Shown here: positions 17,370 to 27,419 of the stretch, piece after piece
Layout: every line of letters starts with the position of its first letter
How positions within the stretch are numbered: the stretch's first letter is position 1
Virus record (IMG/VR): IMGVR_UViG_2565956731_000004
Span: 1-38,221 of that record
Strand: one strand, 5' to 3'
From: a virus
Lineage: Duplodnaviria; Heunggongvirae; Uroviricota; Caudoviricetes
Length of the DNA stretch: 38,221 nucleotides
The notes under the pieces: model-generated
Databases searched by the model: none
What the model was told of the DNA's origin: nothing
What the model saw: only the letters and a program-made list of their open reading frames with translations
Translations under genes and position numbers: made by a program

Positions 17370-17693
17370 GTGAGCACCATTCAAACAGGGATCACAGAGC
17401 AGGTTATTGCATGGCTCTTTGACCACCTGCCAACGGTGTATGCAGTGGGCGCGGCAGTCAGCATTTCCGCGCTGATGAGTCTTTATGACGGACGAACACT
17501 GGTTCAGACCGTAACGGGATCGCTGGCGTGCGGCGTTCTTGCCATGGCCGTGGCCGGGTCGTTGCGCTTCTTCGGGTTTCCTGAAGATGCTGTGACGTTT
17601 ATCGGCGCATCAATCGGTTTTATGGGTGCAGAGAAAGCACGCGACAAGGTTATTGCGGCCTTTAATCGCAGGGTGAAGGAGAAGGACGAATGA
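17370..17693 (+). CDS. Y: holin (P2 gpY-like position)
   Basis: About 107 aa from the GTG at 17370 (GGGGGGAG RBS); three hydrophobic helices; first gene of the lysis cassette. Confidence 0.55.
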   Translation: MSTIQTGITEQVIAWLFDHLPTVYAVGAAVSISALMSLYDGRTLVQTVTGSLACGVLAMAVAGSLRFFGFPEDAVTFIGASIGFMGAEKARDKVIAAFNRRVKEKDE

Positions 17694-18082
17694 GCAACAC
17701 ATTTAAATTCAGCAGCCGGAGCGAAAAGAATTTGCAGGGCGTAAATCCTGATCTGGTGAAAGTGACCCGACGGGCACTGGAAATCTCGGAAGTGGATTTT
17801 GGTATCACCGAAGGGTTGCGCAGCCGTTACCGCCAGAAGCAACTTGTGGCCACGGGTAAGAGCCAGACCATGAACAGCCGCCACCTTACGGGGCATGCCG
17901 TGGATGTTGTGGCTTATATCGGCAGCTAGGTGTCATGGGAATGGCCGCTGTACGAAAAAATCGCAGCCGCATTCAGACAGGCCAGCCGGGAACTGAATAT
18001 TCCGGTGGAATGGGGCGGCGACTGGAAGACCCTGAAAGACGGACCGCATTTTCAGTTACCACACGGAGCCTATCCGGCATGA
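17690..18082 (+). pseudogene. endolysin, peptidase M15 family, interrupted by an in-frame TAG at 17927..17929
   Basis: N-terminal 79 codons end at TAG; the same frame continues open for 50 further codons (VSWEWPLYEKIAAAFRQASRELNIPVEWGGDWKTLKDGPHFQLPHGAYPA) to TGA at 18080..18082; SRHLTGHAVDV metal-binding motif of M15 peptidases lies just upstream of the TAG. Confidence 0.7.
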
Positions 18083-18486
18083 AGCTCTGGCCCACGCTGG
18101 GCGTCGCTTTTCTTCTGATTGCCGCATGGGGAACATCCATGCGTCTGTCGTGGTCGCTGGGCCGGGAGAACGCCAGAAACGAAGCGCAGGCCAGCACCCT
18201 GAAAAGTACCGTCGACACCCTGAATATCATCAGCACCGGGGTACAGGATATGCAGCAGGTGCTGGCGCAACTCCGCGTGGAAAATCAACAGCGAAATCAG
18301 GACGGAGAGGCCAGACGTGAACAGCTACGCAACGATATTGCAAAAGATGAATGCGCCCACGCTTTGCCTGACGCTCGTTTTACTGACAGGTTGCGCAGGC
18401 ACGCAGAACGCGCCACGGCCAGCGCCGTCAGTCCGGCTTATACCGCAGACGCTGACCATACCGGTAACGCCTCCCCCATTCCCTGA
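18079..18486 (+). CDS. lysB: inner-membrane spanin (LysB/Rz-like)
   Basis: ATG overlaps the endolysin-frame TGA (ATGA); N-terminal TM helix MKLWPTLGVAFLLIAAW followed by a coiled-coil-like region. Confidence 0.65.
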   Translation: MKLWPTLGVAFLLIAAWGTSMRLSWSLGRENARNEAQASTLKSTVDTLNIISTGVQDMQQVLAQLRVENQQRNQDGEARREQLRNDIAKDECAHALPDARFTDRLRRHAERATASAVSPAYTADADHTGNASPIP

Positions 18487-18637
18487 CACTCCCACATGGG
18501 GAAATCTCGGTATATGGGGCGACCGCCTTCTGGATGCACTGGAAACCTGTAACGCGGATAAACGGGCCATTGAATTACTGGAACAGCGCAGGCTGCAAAG
18601 ACTGAACAACGAGGACAACAACCATGCTGAAAACTGA
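18347..18637 (+). CDS. lysC: outer-membrane lipoprotein spanin (LysC/Rz1-like), embedded in lysB in another frame
   Basis: Signal peptide with lipobox MNAPTLCLTLVLLTGC; proline-rich; overlapping arrangement typical of Rz/Rz1. Confidence 0.6.
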   Translation: MNAPTLCLTLVLLTGCAGTQNAPRPAPSVRLIPQTLTIPVTPPPFPDTPTWGNLGIWGDRLLDALETCNADKRAIELLEQRRLQRLNNEDNNHAEN

Positions 18638-19091
18638 TTCCCTGCGTGAAGCCATGACCCGTTCATGCCGATGGTGTCAGGCTAACCCGGAAAAATTCAC
18701 CATTTTCGTGGAGAGCGGCAACATTGAAACGACAGGAGAAACCCCATCGTTTGTTTACCGCTATCAGATGGTGATGTTTGTCATGGATTACGCCGGGGAG
18801 CTGGACGACATCACGCTGCCGCTGCTGGCGTGGTTATCCGAAAATCAGCCACAGTTGTTGCTCAACCCTGAGCGTAATCAGGACATCAAATTCTCCGCCG
18901 TTATCAATGACGATGACAGCGCCGATCTCCTGTTTACGCTCCCTCTGCGGGAACGCGTTCGCATCACGCGCAGCAGTAAGGGCACGCCGCAGGCAGAACA
19001 CCTGCCGGAGCCAAAACCCCGCCTGCCCTCTTCCGAAGGCGACTGGTCGCATGTATTCCAGGATGTGACGTGGGGTGAAAGCGATGGATAA
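18624..19091 (+). CDS. R: tail completion protein R
   Basis: 155 aa; position after the lysis genes as in P2. Confidence 0.8.
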   Translation: MLKTDSLREAMTRSCRWCQANPEKFTIFVESGNIETTGETPSFVYRYQMVMFVMDYAGELDDITLPLLAWLSENQPQLLLNPERNQDIKFSAVINDDDSADLLFTLPLRERVRITRSSKGTPQAEHLPEPKPRLPSSEGDWSHVFQDVTWGESDG

Positions 19092-19719
19092 GGCATTCAC
19101 CCGCGTGGATGAAACCTTTGAGGCCATCCGCGACAGCCTGAATCAGCAGGCCATCAATAACATTGCCAGAAAGCTGGCACAGGATTTACGCCGCGCCCAG
19201 CAGGCGCGTATCCGGTCACAGAAAGCGCCGGACGGGACCGCGTGGACACCACGCAGACGCCGCGTAACCCGGATACAGGAACGCATTCGCTTTATCTGGA
19301 ATAACGAAGCACGCACGCTGAAAAACTGGCATCACGACACGGGGAAATACGGGCGAACCATTACCGGGTGGGATGAGGATAAAAATAATATCCGCACGTT
19401 TTACCGGGATGACATCGACCGTTTTCTGGAAATACGCACCCGGCGCATCAACCAGGACAGCACCAGGCGCGTCCCCATGTTCGTAAAACTGCGCACCGCC
19501 CGCTACCTGAAAGCCCGTGCAGATGCTTCCGGTGTGACGGTGGGTTACAGCGGCGTGGCCGCACGTATTGCACGCGTTCATCAGTTCGGTGAGCGCGATC
19601 AGGTTGCGCCGGGCATTTTCACCGATTACCCGGTACGTGAGCTGTTGGGCATCAGTCAGGCAGATGAACGCCTGATTTATAACACGGTGCTGGGCCGGAT
19701 TGCGGAGGCTGTACGGTGA
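19084..19719 (+). CDS. S: tail completion / virion morphogenesis protein S
   Basis: About 211 aa from the ATG at 19084; position between R and V. Confidence 0.75.
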   Translation: MDKAFTRVDETFEAIRDSLNQQAINNIARKLAQDLRRAQQARIRSQKAPDGTAWTPRRRRVTRIQERIRFIWNNEARTLKNWHHDTGKYGRTITGWDEDKNNIRTFYRDDIDRFLEIRTRRINQDSTRRVPMFVKLRTARYLKARADASGVTVGYSGVAARIARVHQFGERDQVAPGIFTDYPVRELLGISQADERLIYNTVLGRIAEAVR

Positions 19720-20297
19720 GCGCAGAACTCATGCGACTGCTGAGCAACATCATCCGCACCGGGATCATCTCTGAAGTTGATGAGGAATCCTGGTGCGTGC
19801 GCGTTCGCAGCGGCGAACTGGAAACAGGCTGGTTGCGCTGGAACACCACGCGCGCGGGAGCCTTCAATGTGTGGCTGCCGCCATCACCAGGCGAACAGGT
19901 GGTAATTGCCTGCATCGGCGGCAACCCGGAAACCGCCATGATAATTGGCAGCCTGTGGAGTGATGCCAGTCCGGCCCCCGGCAAAAGCCTGAAAGAAATC
20001 GTGGTCAGCGCGCCGGATGGCGCGGTGTTCCGCTACGACGCGGACGCAGGCGCACTGAGCGCCAGCGGCATGAAAACGGCCACTTTACAGGCATCCGTCA
20101 GCGTGAAACTGGACACGCCCGTCGTGGAATGCACAAACCTTCTGAGAACGGCGACGCTTGACGTCACAAAAGGAGGAAAGATGAGCGGCAATATCACGCA
20201 CAGCGGCGGCAACTTCACCTCAAACGGCATTACCGTGCATACGCATAAACACGGTGGCGTGAAAGGCGGCAGCGATTCGACAGGAGGCCCGCAGTGA
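19716..20297 (+). CDS. V: baseplate spike / assembly protein V
   Basis: 193 aa; GTG start overlapping the S stop; GGAGG RBS. Confidence 0.85.
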   Translation: MSAELMRLLSNIIRTGIISEVDEESWCVRVRSGELETGWLRWNTTRAGAFNVWLPPSPGEQVVIACIGGNPETAMIIGSLWSDASPAPGKSLKEIVVSAPDGAVFRYDADAGALSASGMKTATLQASVSVKLDTPVVECTNLLRTATLDVTKGGKMSGNITHSGGNFTSNGITVHTHKHGGVKGGSDSTGGPQ

Positions 20298-20644
20298 CAA
20301 CCCGCTACACAGGAATGAATCCGGACGGGACGGGAAACCTGAACGATATGGAGCACCTGAAACAGTCAGTCAGGGATATCCTGACCACCCCGCTGGCAAG
20401 CCGGGTTATGCGACGGGAATATGGCAGCCTTGTGCCTGATTTGATTGACGAACCCATGAATAACACCACGCGTCTGCAATGCATGAGTGCTGCCGTGATT
20501 GCGCTGACACGATGGGAACCCCGCATTGCCCTGGATGCCATCGACGTTGTCTGGAAAGCGGGAGGCCGCGCCGGGGTGACGCTGTCGGGCACTGTCATGC
20601 AGACCATGCAGAATGTTGAGTTAACCATCACGCTGAGGGAGTAA
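20294..20644 (+). CDS. W: baseplate wedge protein W (gp25-like)
   Basis: 116 aa; GTG start overlapping the V stop; AGGAGG RBS. Confidence 0.85.
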   Translation: MTTRYTGMNPDGTGNLNDMEHLKQSVRDILTTPLASRVMRREYGSLVPDLIDEPMNNTTRLQCMSAAVIALTRWEPRIALDAIDVVWKAGGRAGVTLSGTVMQTMQNVELTITLRE

Positions 20645-20647
20645 ATC

Positions 20648-21544
20648 ATGCCCGCTGTTGACCTTTCCCAGTTACCGGAACCCGCCATCATCGCGGAGCC
20701 TGACTTTGAGGCAATTCTGGCTGACACAAAGGCCATGATGATTGCGGCTTATCCCGCCGAACAGCGTGAAGCCGTCTCCGCCGCGCTGGAGCTGGAATCG
20801 GAACCCCTGAACGTTATCGCCCAGACAACAGCGTTTCGTGAAATGCTGTTACGCCAGCGGGTCAATGAGGGGGCACGCGCCTGCATGTTAAGCCACAGCG
20901 CCGGGACAGACCTGGACAACCTCGCGGGCAATATGAACACAAAGCGCCTGACCATCACTCCGGCAACGGATACCACCGACGCAGTGATGGAAAGTGACAC
21001 CTCGCTGAGACTGCGGGCGCAGCGGGCGTACGATGGTCTGAGTGTTGCTGGCCCGTCAGGTGCATACGAGTATTTTGCACGCAGCGCCAGCGGTCTGGTA
21101 CGCGATGCGCGGGCCATCAGCCCGTCTCCGGCCAACGTGACGGTTTCCATCCTGTCCACTGAGGGCGACGGCACAGCAACGGAGGCGTTGCTTAATACCG
21201 TTCGCGCCGTTCTGAATGCAGAGGATACCCGCCCGGTGGCCGACCGCCTGACCGTACAGAGTGCCAGAATCATGACATGGCGGCTGAATGCAAAACTGTA
21301 CTTTTACCCCGGCCCGGAATCCGAACCTATTCTGGCCGCGGCGGAATCGTCGTTCAGGAAGTGGCTGTCTGAGCAGGGGCTTATCGGTCAGGACGTGGCG
21401 TTGTCAGCCATTGCTGCCGCACTGCATGTGCACGGTGTGCAACGCGTGGAGATAATCGAACCCACACAAAATATGGCCATCAGCGACATACAGGCGGCGC
21501 GCTGTGAGTCATTCACCATCAGCGAAGGTGGGCGTAATGAGTAA
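20648..21544 (+). CDS. J: baseplate protein J
   Basis: 298 aa; position and size as P2 J. Confidence 0.9.
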   Translation: MPAVDLSQLPEPAIIAEPDFEAILADTKAMMIAAYPAEQREAVSAALELESEPLNVIAQTTAFREMLLRQRVNEGARACMLSHSAGTDLDNLAGNMNTKRLTITPATDTTDAVMESDTSLRLRAQRAYDGLSVAGPSGAYEYFARSASGLVRDARAISPSPANVTVSILSTEGDGTATEALLNTVRAVLNAEDTRPVADRLTVQSARIMTWRLNAKLYFYPGPESEPILAAAESSFRKWLSEQGLIGQDVALSAIAAALHVHGVQRVEIIEPTQNMAISDIQAARCESFTISEGGRNE

Positions 21545-22067
21545 TTCACTGTTACCGCCATCAGCCAGCAATTTCATGCGTTGTGCCGAAGCTATCGGAA
21601 CGCGCATTACAGACATTCCGGTAGACCTCAACACGCTGTGGTCGCCGGACACCTGCCCGGTGCATCTGCTGCCTTATCTCGCCTGGGCATTTTCCGTTGA
21701 CCGCTGGGATCGCAACTGGCCGGAAGAGACAAAGCGACAGGTGATTCGTGATGCATGGCTGATACACCGACACAAAGGGACCATCAGCGCACTGCGCCGG
21801 GCCATTGAGCCGCTGGGATACCTCATTCGTGTGTCTGAGTGGTGGGAGTTCGGCGGAGAACCGGGAACATTTACCGTTGAAGTCGGCACGCTGGACAGTG
21901 GCGTGACGGAGGAAATGTATCTGGAAATGGAGCGGTTGATTGCTGATGCCCGCCCGGTCAGCCGCCACATGACAGGGCTGAATATCATTCAGGAGATCCC
22001 GGGGGATATTTTCGCGGCGGCAGCAACTTACGACGGTGAAGTCATTACCATTTATCCGGACGATTAA
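21537..22067 (+). CDS. I: baseplate / tail protein I
   Basis: 176 aa from the ATG overlapping the J stop. Confidence 0.85.
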   Translation: MSNSLLPPSASNFMRCAEAIGTRITDIPVDLNTLWSPDTCPVHLLPYLAWAFSVDRWDRNWPEETKRQVIRDAWLIHRHKGTISALRRAIEPLGYLIRVSEWWEFGGEPGTFTVEVGTLDSGVTEEMYLEMERLIADARPVSRHMTGLNIIQEIPGDIFAAAATYDGEVITIYPDD

Positions 22068-22069
22068 GC

Positions 22070-24241
22070 ATGAGTACCACAACACGAAAATTTAAAACCA
22101 TTATCACTGATACTGGTGCCAAAAAATTAGCTCAGGCAGCCGCGCCAGATGGTAATCCTGTCCGCCTGACTCACATGGCCGTGGGCGACGGTGGCGGCAC
22201 GTTGCCCACACCAGACAGTAAGCAGACCCGTCTGGTGCATGAGGTGTGGCGACATACTGTTAATCGCGTCATCCTGGACGCAACACATCAGAACCGCATT
22301 ATTGCGGAGCTGGTTATTCCTCCTGAAACGGGCGGATTCTGGATCCGGGAAATTGGTGTATTTGATGAGCACGGCGATTTGATCGCGGTGGGCAATACTG
22401 CCGAAAGTTACAAGCCAACCGTTGCCGAAGGATCCGGACGTGCACAAACATTTCGCACCATTCTGACCGTATCCAGCACTGCCACCGTGGCGCTTACCGT
22501 GGATAACACCATGGTTATGGCCACAGTGGATTACGTGAATGACAAACTGAAAGAACATGAACAGTCACGACGTCACCCGGACGCCTCGCTGACCGCAAAA
22601 GGCTTTGTTCAACTCAGTAGCGCCACTAACAGCGATTCTGAAACGCTGGCTGCAACGCCGAAAGCGGTTAAGGCCGCGTATGACCTGGCTAACGGAAAAT
22701 ATACCGCTCAGGACGCCACGACGGCACGAAAAGGGATAGTCCAGCTCAGCAGTGCAACCAACAGCACGTCTGAAACGCTGGCAGCGACACCAAAAGCGGT
22801 TAAGGCGGTAATGGATGAAACGAACAAGAAAGCCCCATTAAACAGCCCGGCACTGACCGGAACGCCAACAACACCAACTGCACGACAGGGAACGAATAAT
22901 ACCCAAATCGCAAGCACGGCTTTCGTTATGGCCGCGATTGCCGCACTTGTAGATTCGTCACCTGACGCACTGAACACGCTGAACGAGCTGGCGGCGGCGC
23001 TGGGCAACGACCCGAATTTTGCGACCACCATGACTAACGCGCTTGCGGGTAAGCAACCGAAAGATGCCACCCTGACGGCGCTGGCCGGGCTTGCTACTGC
23101 GGCAGACAGGTTTCCGTATTTTACGGGGAATGATGTTGCCAGTCTGGCAACCCTGACAGAAGTCGGGCGGGATATTCTTGCGAAATCGACCGTTGCCGCT
23201 GTTATCGAATACCTCGGTTTACAGGAAACGGTAAACAGGGCTGGTAACGCCGTTCAGCGTTCCGGCGATAAAATGACCGGAGAACTGAAAATTGGCACGA
23301 TGAATGCGCTGCGAATTTTTAATGATGCCTTCGGTCTTATTTTCCGTCGTTCAGAAGAGTCCCTTCATTTCATCCCTACGGTTGAAGGACAAGGCGAAAA
23401 CGGTGATATCGGCCCATTAAGGCCATTCGCTATAAATCTAAGAACAGGTGCTATATCTGTCAGCCACGGGGCCAAAATTGATGGTGGGCTGGCGCTTGGT
23501 ACGGATAACGCACTGGGCGGTAATTCAATTACTCTCGGAGATAACGATACCGGTATTAAACAGGGCGGCGACGGTGTCCTTTTATTCTATTTAAATGGAC
23601 AACTGGCATTTGGGCTTCAACCCGCATCTGCTGATTTTTATAAGCGGGTTGCATATACTCATCAGGGAATAGTTCCTGAAGGAAGTGGCGCATTTGCAGA
23701 CCAGTTGAATAATGCCACCGCGCCTTTTGTTCAGACACGGTTTGCCTGGAATCCCGCTCCTGGTGGTCATTACGTGCCGATAGCTAAGGGCCTGTCTATT
23801 CGCAATGGACAGGGGTATCCGGGTGCTGTCAGCTTTGGCTATTTACTGACAGAACAAATGGGATTTCCAATTCCATGTGTTCATATGCGTGGCGATGGCG
23901 GTAATGATGTTTTATGGCAGTTTAACCCAAACGACAAATCTTTTATTTCACCGGGTTCTCTTGTTGCGGGCGGAGTACGTTATAACACCGATGGAAATAT
24001 ATTTGGCGGGTGTTGGGGTTCAAATTTAGCTGATTATCTTAATAGCACATATGTAAGAGACATTCGACTTGGAAGCGCAGAATCAATATCAGCATGGCGA
24101 GGTCCTGGTTACTGGGATACTTCTGGATATGTTCTGACCGCAGCCGGAAACAGCAACACCGATGAATTTATTGATACATTAACCAGAAGGCCTATTCAGA
24201 AGTTGATTGGTGGGACATATTATAACGTTGTGAGTATTTGA
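22070..24241 (+). CDS. H: tail fibre protein H (constant N-terminal part plus currently expressed variable C-terminal part)
   Basis: 723 aa; tandem protein repeat ([26 protein letters not shown] twice); the invertase crossover site lies inside the gene at 23202..23227. Confidence 0.9.
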   Translation: MSTTTRKFKTIITDTGAKKLAQAAAPDGNPVRLTHMAVGDGGGTLPTPDSKQTRLVHEVWRHTVNRVILDATHQNRIIAELVIPPETGGFWIREIGVFDEHGDLIAVGNTAESYKPTVAEGSGRAQTFRTILTVSSTATVALTVDNTMVMATVDYVNDKLKEHEQSRRHPDASLTAKGFVQLSSATNSDSETLAATPKAVKAAYDLANGKYTAQDATTARKGIVQLSSATNSTSETLAATPKAVKAVMDETNKKAPLNSPALTGTPTTPTARQGTNNTQIASTAFVMAAIAALVDSSPDALNTLNELAAALGNDPNFATTMTNALAGKQPKDATLTALAGLATAADRFPYFTGNDVASLATLTEVGRDILAKSTVAAVIEYLGLQETVNRAGNAVQRSGDKMTGELKIGTMNALRIFNDAFGLIFRRSEESLHFIPTVEGQGENGDIGPLRPFAINLRTGAISVSHGAKIDGGLALGTDNALGGNSITLGDNDTGIKQGGDGVLLFYLNGQLAFGLQPASADFYKRVAYTHQGIVPEGSGAFADQLNNATAPFVQTRFAWNPAPGGHYVPIAKGLSIRNGQGYPGAVSFGYLLTEQMGFPIPCVHMRGDGGNDVLWQFNPNDKSFISPGSLVAGGVRYNTDGNIFGGCWGSNLADYLNSTYVRDIRLGSAESISAWRGPGYWDTSGYVLTAAGNSNTDEFIDTLTRRPIQKLIGGTYYNVVSI
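23202..23227. other. DNA-invertase crossover site (hix/gix/cix-like), left
   Basis: TTATCGAATACC-TC-GGTTTACAGGAA; 23 of 26 identical to the reverse complement of the site at 26216..26241; matches the recalled Hin/Gin half-site pattern (TTxxxxAAACC / GGTTTxxxxAA). Confidence 0.8.
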
Positions 24242-24242
24242 C

Positions 24243-24770
24243 ATGATGCATTTAAAAAACATTAAAGCAGGGAACCCAAAAACACCTGAACAATACCAGT
24301 TAACCAAAAAAGCTGGAGTGGTCTGGCTTTATACTGAAGATGGTAAAAACTGGTACGAAGAACAAAAAAACTTTCAACCAGATACTATAAAAATTGCATA
24401 CGATAAAAATAATGTGATTGTTACCGTAAGCAAAGATGTTTCAACTATTAACCCGGAAGGTTTAAGTGTTGTTGAAGTATCCGATATTACGGCAAATCGT
24501 CGCGCAGACAATAACGGAAACTGGATGTTTCTGGATGGTAAAGTAGTAAAGCGGGAATATACAAAACAGGAGCTGCAACAGCAGGCAGAGTTACAAAAAG
24601 CCACTTTGCTTTCCGAAGCGGAGTCTGTGATTCAACCGCTGGAACGTGCTGTCAGGCTGAATATGGCAACTAATGAGGAACGCGCACGACTGGAGTCATG
24701 GGAACGCTACAGTGTTCTGGTCAGCCGTGTGGATACGGCAAATCCTGAATGGCCACAAAAGCCTGAATAA
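24243..24770 (+). CDS. G: tail fibre assembly chaperone (P2 gpG-like), currently expressed copy
   Basis: 175 aa immediately after H; N-terminal half nearly identical to the inverted copy. Confidence 0.8.
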   Translation: MMHLKNIKAGNPKTPEQYQLTKKAGVVWLYTEDGKNWYEEQKNFQPDTIKIAYDKNNVIVTVSKDVSTINPEGLSVVEVSDITANRRADNNGNWMFLDGKVVKREYTKQELQQQAELQKATLLSEAESVIQPLERAVRLNMATNEERARLESWERYSVLVSRVDTANPEWPQKPE

Positions 24771-24775
24771 AAATT

Positions 24776-24795
24776 AAGGCCCGATAGCGGGCCTT
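24776..24795. terminator. bidirectional hairpin between the convergent chaperone genes
   Basis: AAGGCCCG-atag-CGGGCCTT. Confidence 0.6.
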
Positions 24796-24798
24796 GTC

Positions 24799-25332
24799 TC
24801 ATTCTGGTTGTTCCGGGAATGTTACAGGAAGAACAGAGGTATCTGTGACATCAACCTGCTGCATGTATAACATCCAGTTAATGAGTCTTTGCCTGTCTGA
24901 ATCGCTGATAATTCCCAGCGCAAGCTGTGTTTGCCAGCACTGCGTTTCCTCTCTGGCCTGTCGCAGCAAAATCTGTTTCTGAATTTCAGCCAGTTGACGT
25001 AGTTCTTCATCAGTCCGGGGGCGTTTCATGACCTTGCCATCCTGAAACACCCAGTCACCGAGAATATCGGCCCGGCGATTCGCTGTCGTGTCGGGTAATT
25101 CGACAACGCTCATTCCTTCCGGGTTAATAGACGACACATCTTTTTCAATATAGCGAATGATACCTCTGTCATCGTAAGCGATTTTTAGTGTGTCTGCCTG
25201 AAAGGCTTTTTGTGCCTCATACCAGTTCTGACCATCTTCAGCGTAAAGCCAGATAACACCATGTCTCTTTGTTAACTCATACTGTTCCAGTGTTTTAGCA
25301 TTACCCGCTTTTATGTTCTTTAAGTGCATCAT
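24799..25332 (-). CDS. alternative tail fibre assembly chaperone (G'), silent orientation
   Basis: 177 aa; [11 protein letters not shown]... N-terminus shared with G, divergent C-terminal half. Confidence 0.75.
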   Translation of the reverse strand: MMHLKNIKAGNAKTLEQYELTKRHGVIWLYAEDGQNWYEAQKAFQADTLKIAYDDRGIIRYIEKDVSSINPEGMSVVELPDTTANRRADILGDWVFQDGKVMKRPRTDEELRQLAEIQKQILLRQAREETQCWQTQLALGIISDSDRQRLINWMLYMQQVDVTDTSVLPVTFPEQPE

Positions 25333-25333
25333 A

Positions 25334-26233
25334 TTAAACGCTCGCTACATTATACCAGGTGCCATTTATATACTTTTGAACGGGTCTGTAATAAACGCCC
25401 GCTATATTATCGGCAGAGTTGGACCCTGTATCCTGAACATTAATACCAGACAATACATGACCTGACGGGCACTGGAAATTCCATGTTTGCCAGTTGTTCA
25501 CACCATGATATTGCTGTGAACCAAGACGAACATCTTTCACATAGCGGGAATCAAAATTCCCCCAGTTACTGGGTTGTATCTGACCGTTAACAGCAAATAT
25601 TACTGAGTTATCTGTATTTCGCTGACTATAGAAATGCCAGCCTGAATCATCACCAAGCTCTGCAACAGTTGGTCTTGATGAAGTGCCCCATAAATTAAAC
25701 CCTACGTTCTTCGTGGAGTTGTTGGAGCTGGATAGCGTGAATTTTTTACCATCCCCAGCCTGAATATTTTTAAAAGCAATAGCCACTCCATTCTGAAAGC
25801 GGAATACACGCTGACTATTAGCATAAACATCAAGAATACCGTCTCCATTCTGTTTAAATCCGGTATCATTATCACCAAGAACAATAGAGCTACCACCTAA
25901 CGCATTCGTCGTACCGATCCCCACACTGCCATTAATGACAGCATTAACAAGAATATTTAGTGCATCCCATTTCAGCGTCATCAGATCTTTTGTTGTGGTA
26001 CTTTGTTTGCTTCTCCATTTGAAATATTCATTGCCGTTGTCGCCTGTTTCAAACCACATGTATGAATCAGTATCGCTGTCGGCATCATTTTTAAATCCAA
26101 TCTTTGCCCAGTCAGTATTTCGAATCCAGGCAAGGATTGAGTCGTTTTCAAAAGTAAGTCCACCGGACAAGGTATCGCCTGTCTTTTGAACGGCGTTAGC
26201 AGCCTTGTTTACCGTTTCCTGTAAACCGAGGTT
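25334..26233 (-). CDS. alternative tail-fibre variable C-terminal segment (H'), no own start, silent orientation
   Basis: Open frame runs from the right crossover site; begins ...[31 protein letters not shown], which matches the H constant-variable junction ([17 protein letters not shown]); shares LGG-SI-LGDNDTG-KQ-GDG motif with the expressed variable part. Confidence 0.75.
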   Translation of the reverse strand, partial: NLGLQETVNKAANAVQKTGDTLSGGLTFENDSILAWIRNTDWAKIGFKNDADSDTDSYMWFETGDNGNEYFKWRSKQSTTTKDLMTLKWDALNILVNAVINGSVGIGTTNALGGSSIVLGDNDTGFKQNGDGILDVYANSQRVFRFQNGVAIAFKNIQAGDGKKFTLSSSNNSTKNVGFNLWGTSSRPTVAELGDDSGWHFYSQRNTDNSVIFAVNGQIQPSNWGNFDSRYVKDVRLGSQQYHGVNNWQTWNFQCPSGHVLSGINVQDTGSNSADNIAGVYYRPVQKYINGTWYNVASV

Positions 26234-26241
26234 TTAGATAA
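26216..26241. other. DNA-invertase crossover site (hix/gix/cix-like), right
   Basis: TTCCTGTAAACC-GA-GGTTTTAGATAA; inverted partner of 23202..23227. Confidence 0.8.
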
Positions 26242-26295
26242 TGGCCGTTTCCGGCCTGCATGGCATGATTTGCGCTTTTGGACGGGAGATTCAGC

Positions 26296-26883
26296 GTGCT
26301 GATTGGCTATGTAAGGGTATCAACAAATGACCAGAATACAGACCTGCAACGAAACGCTCTTGTTTGTGCAGGATGTGAACAAATATTTGAAGATAAATTA
26401 AGCGGGACAAAGACAGACCGACCGGGATTAAAACGCGCTTTAAAGCGCCTTCAAAAAGGTGACACGCTGGTTGTCTGGAAACTGGATCGCCTCGGGCGAA
26501 GCATGAAACATCTGATTTCTCTCGTCGGGGAACTACGGGAGCGAGGAATTAATTTTCGCAGTCTGACCGACAGCATAGATACATCTTCTCCAATGGGGCG
26601 TTTTTTCTTCCACGTGATGGGTGCCCTGGCTGAAATGGAACGTGAATTAATTGTTGAACGTACACTGGCCGGACTGGCGGCAGCACGCGCACGGGGGCGC
26701 ACAGGCGGACGTCGACCGAAGCTGACAAAAGAACAGCATGAGCAAATAGCAAGGCTGATCAAAAACGGGCACGACAGAAAACAACTGGCAATAATTTACG
26801 GCATTGGTATATCGACGATTTATCGTTACCACCCCGCAGGAGAATCAAGCGGAACAATAGAGAAGAGTCAGGAAACAAAATAA
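26296..26883 (+). CDS. serine DNA invertase (Hin/Gin/Cin/Pin family)
   Basis: About 195 aa from the GTG at 26296 (GGGAG RBS); VLIGYVRVSTNDQNTDLQ catalytic-serine N-terminus; C-terminal HTH (IYGIGISTIYRY); adjacent to the invertible segment. Confidence 0.9.
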   Translation: MLIGYVRVSTNDQNTDLQRNALVCAGCEQIFEDKLSGTKTDRPGLKRALKRLQKGDTLVVWKLDRLGRSMKHLISLVGELRERGINFRSLTDSIDTSSPMGRFFFHVMGALAEMERELIVERTLAGLAAARARGRTGGRRPKLTKEQHEQIARLIKNGHDRKQLAIIYGIGISTIYRYHPAGESSGTIEKSQETK

Positions 26884-26910
26884 CCGCTAATCTGACCATT
26901 AGCGGTTTTT
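26882..26910. terminator. hairpin terminator between the invertase and convergent U
   Basis: AACCGCTAAT-ctgacc-ATTAGCGGTT followed by TTTTT. Confidence 0.7.
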
Positions 26911-26918
26911 GTGTTAAA

Positions 26919-27413
26919 TCAGAACAGCCCTTTAACGGAGCTGGCCGCGCTGTTAAGGGATGATGTGACCTTATCTTTGAAGCCGGACAGCATATCACTG
27001 AACGATGAGGATTGCAGGCGCTCCCGCAAATCCTCATCACAGCGTTCAAGAGTCAGTGAAAATTCTATCTTTTTCGCCTTACCGTAGCGATCAAACTCGG
27101 AGCGGGTCGTATTCGTTTCAGTCAGTACATACATGCCGTAAATCTGCCCGACACCATCAATCAGAGGCCAGGGGCGTCCTGTATATGCCTGCGTGGTCAG
27201 CAGCGAAAGCGACACTTCGCCACCTGTAATTTCAGGATAAAGCACGCCGGAAAGCACAATGCGATCATCACCTGCACCGATATACTGCCAGCTTGCTGAA
27301 CGGTTAACGCGTTCATTTTTCACATGCCGCCAGCTTTTGTTTTGCTGTAACTGCTGATGCGGCAATGTGCGCAGCTCAAAAACAAACATGCCGTAGATCA
27401 TCATCATGGCCAT
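26919..27413 (-). CDS. U: tail protein U
   Basis: 164 aa; recognisable similarity to recalled P2 U (FVF-LRTLP, SGVLYPEI-GG); last gene of the leftward tail block. Confidence 0.85.
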   Translation of the reverse strand: MAMMMIYGMFVFELRTLPHQQLQQNKSWRHVKNERVNRSASWQYIGAGDDRIVLSGVLYPEITGGEVSLSLLTTQAYTGRPWPLIDGVGQIYGMYVLTETNTTRSEFDRYGKAKKIEFSLTLERCDEDLRERLQSSSFSDMLSGFKDKVTSSLNSAASSVKGLF

Positions 27414-27419
27414 GACTCC

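Larger units (their letters stand above)
23228..26215. other. invertible tail-fibre segment (G-segment-like, about 3 kb)
   Basis: Bounded by inverted crossover sites; carries variable H C-terminus plus chaperone on the plus strand and an alternative chaperone plus alternative H C-terminus on the minus strand. Confidence 0.8.

Noticed and set aside
17935-18078. N-terminal 48 codons of the track ORF 17935..18486
   Set aside because: This stretch is the +2 frame of the endolysin C-terminal remnant; the real spanin start is the ATG at 18079 with its TM helix, so the upstream extension is not counted as coding.
22583-22810. Tandem DNA repeat inside gene H considered as a possible CRISPR-like or mobile repeat
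   Set aside because: It is an in-frame duplication of a tail-fibre peptide motif within a coding sequence, with no spacer-repeat periodicity and no cas genes.
26882-26918. Possible secondary invertase crossover site at the junction of the inverted tail block
   Set aside because: Only a partial half-site (GGTTTTTGTGTT) is present with no matching left half; the palindrome here is better explained as the invertase/U bidirectional terminator.
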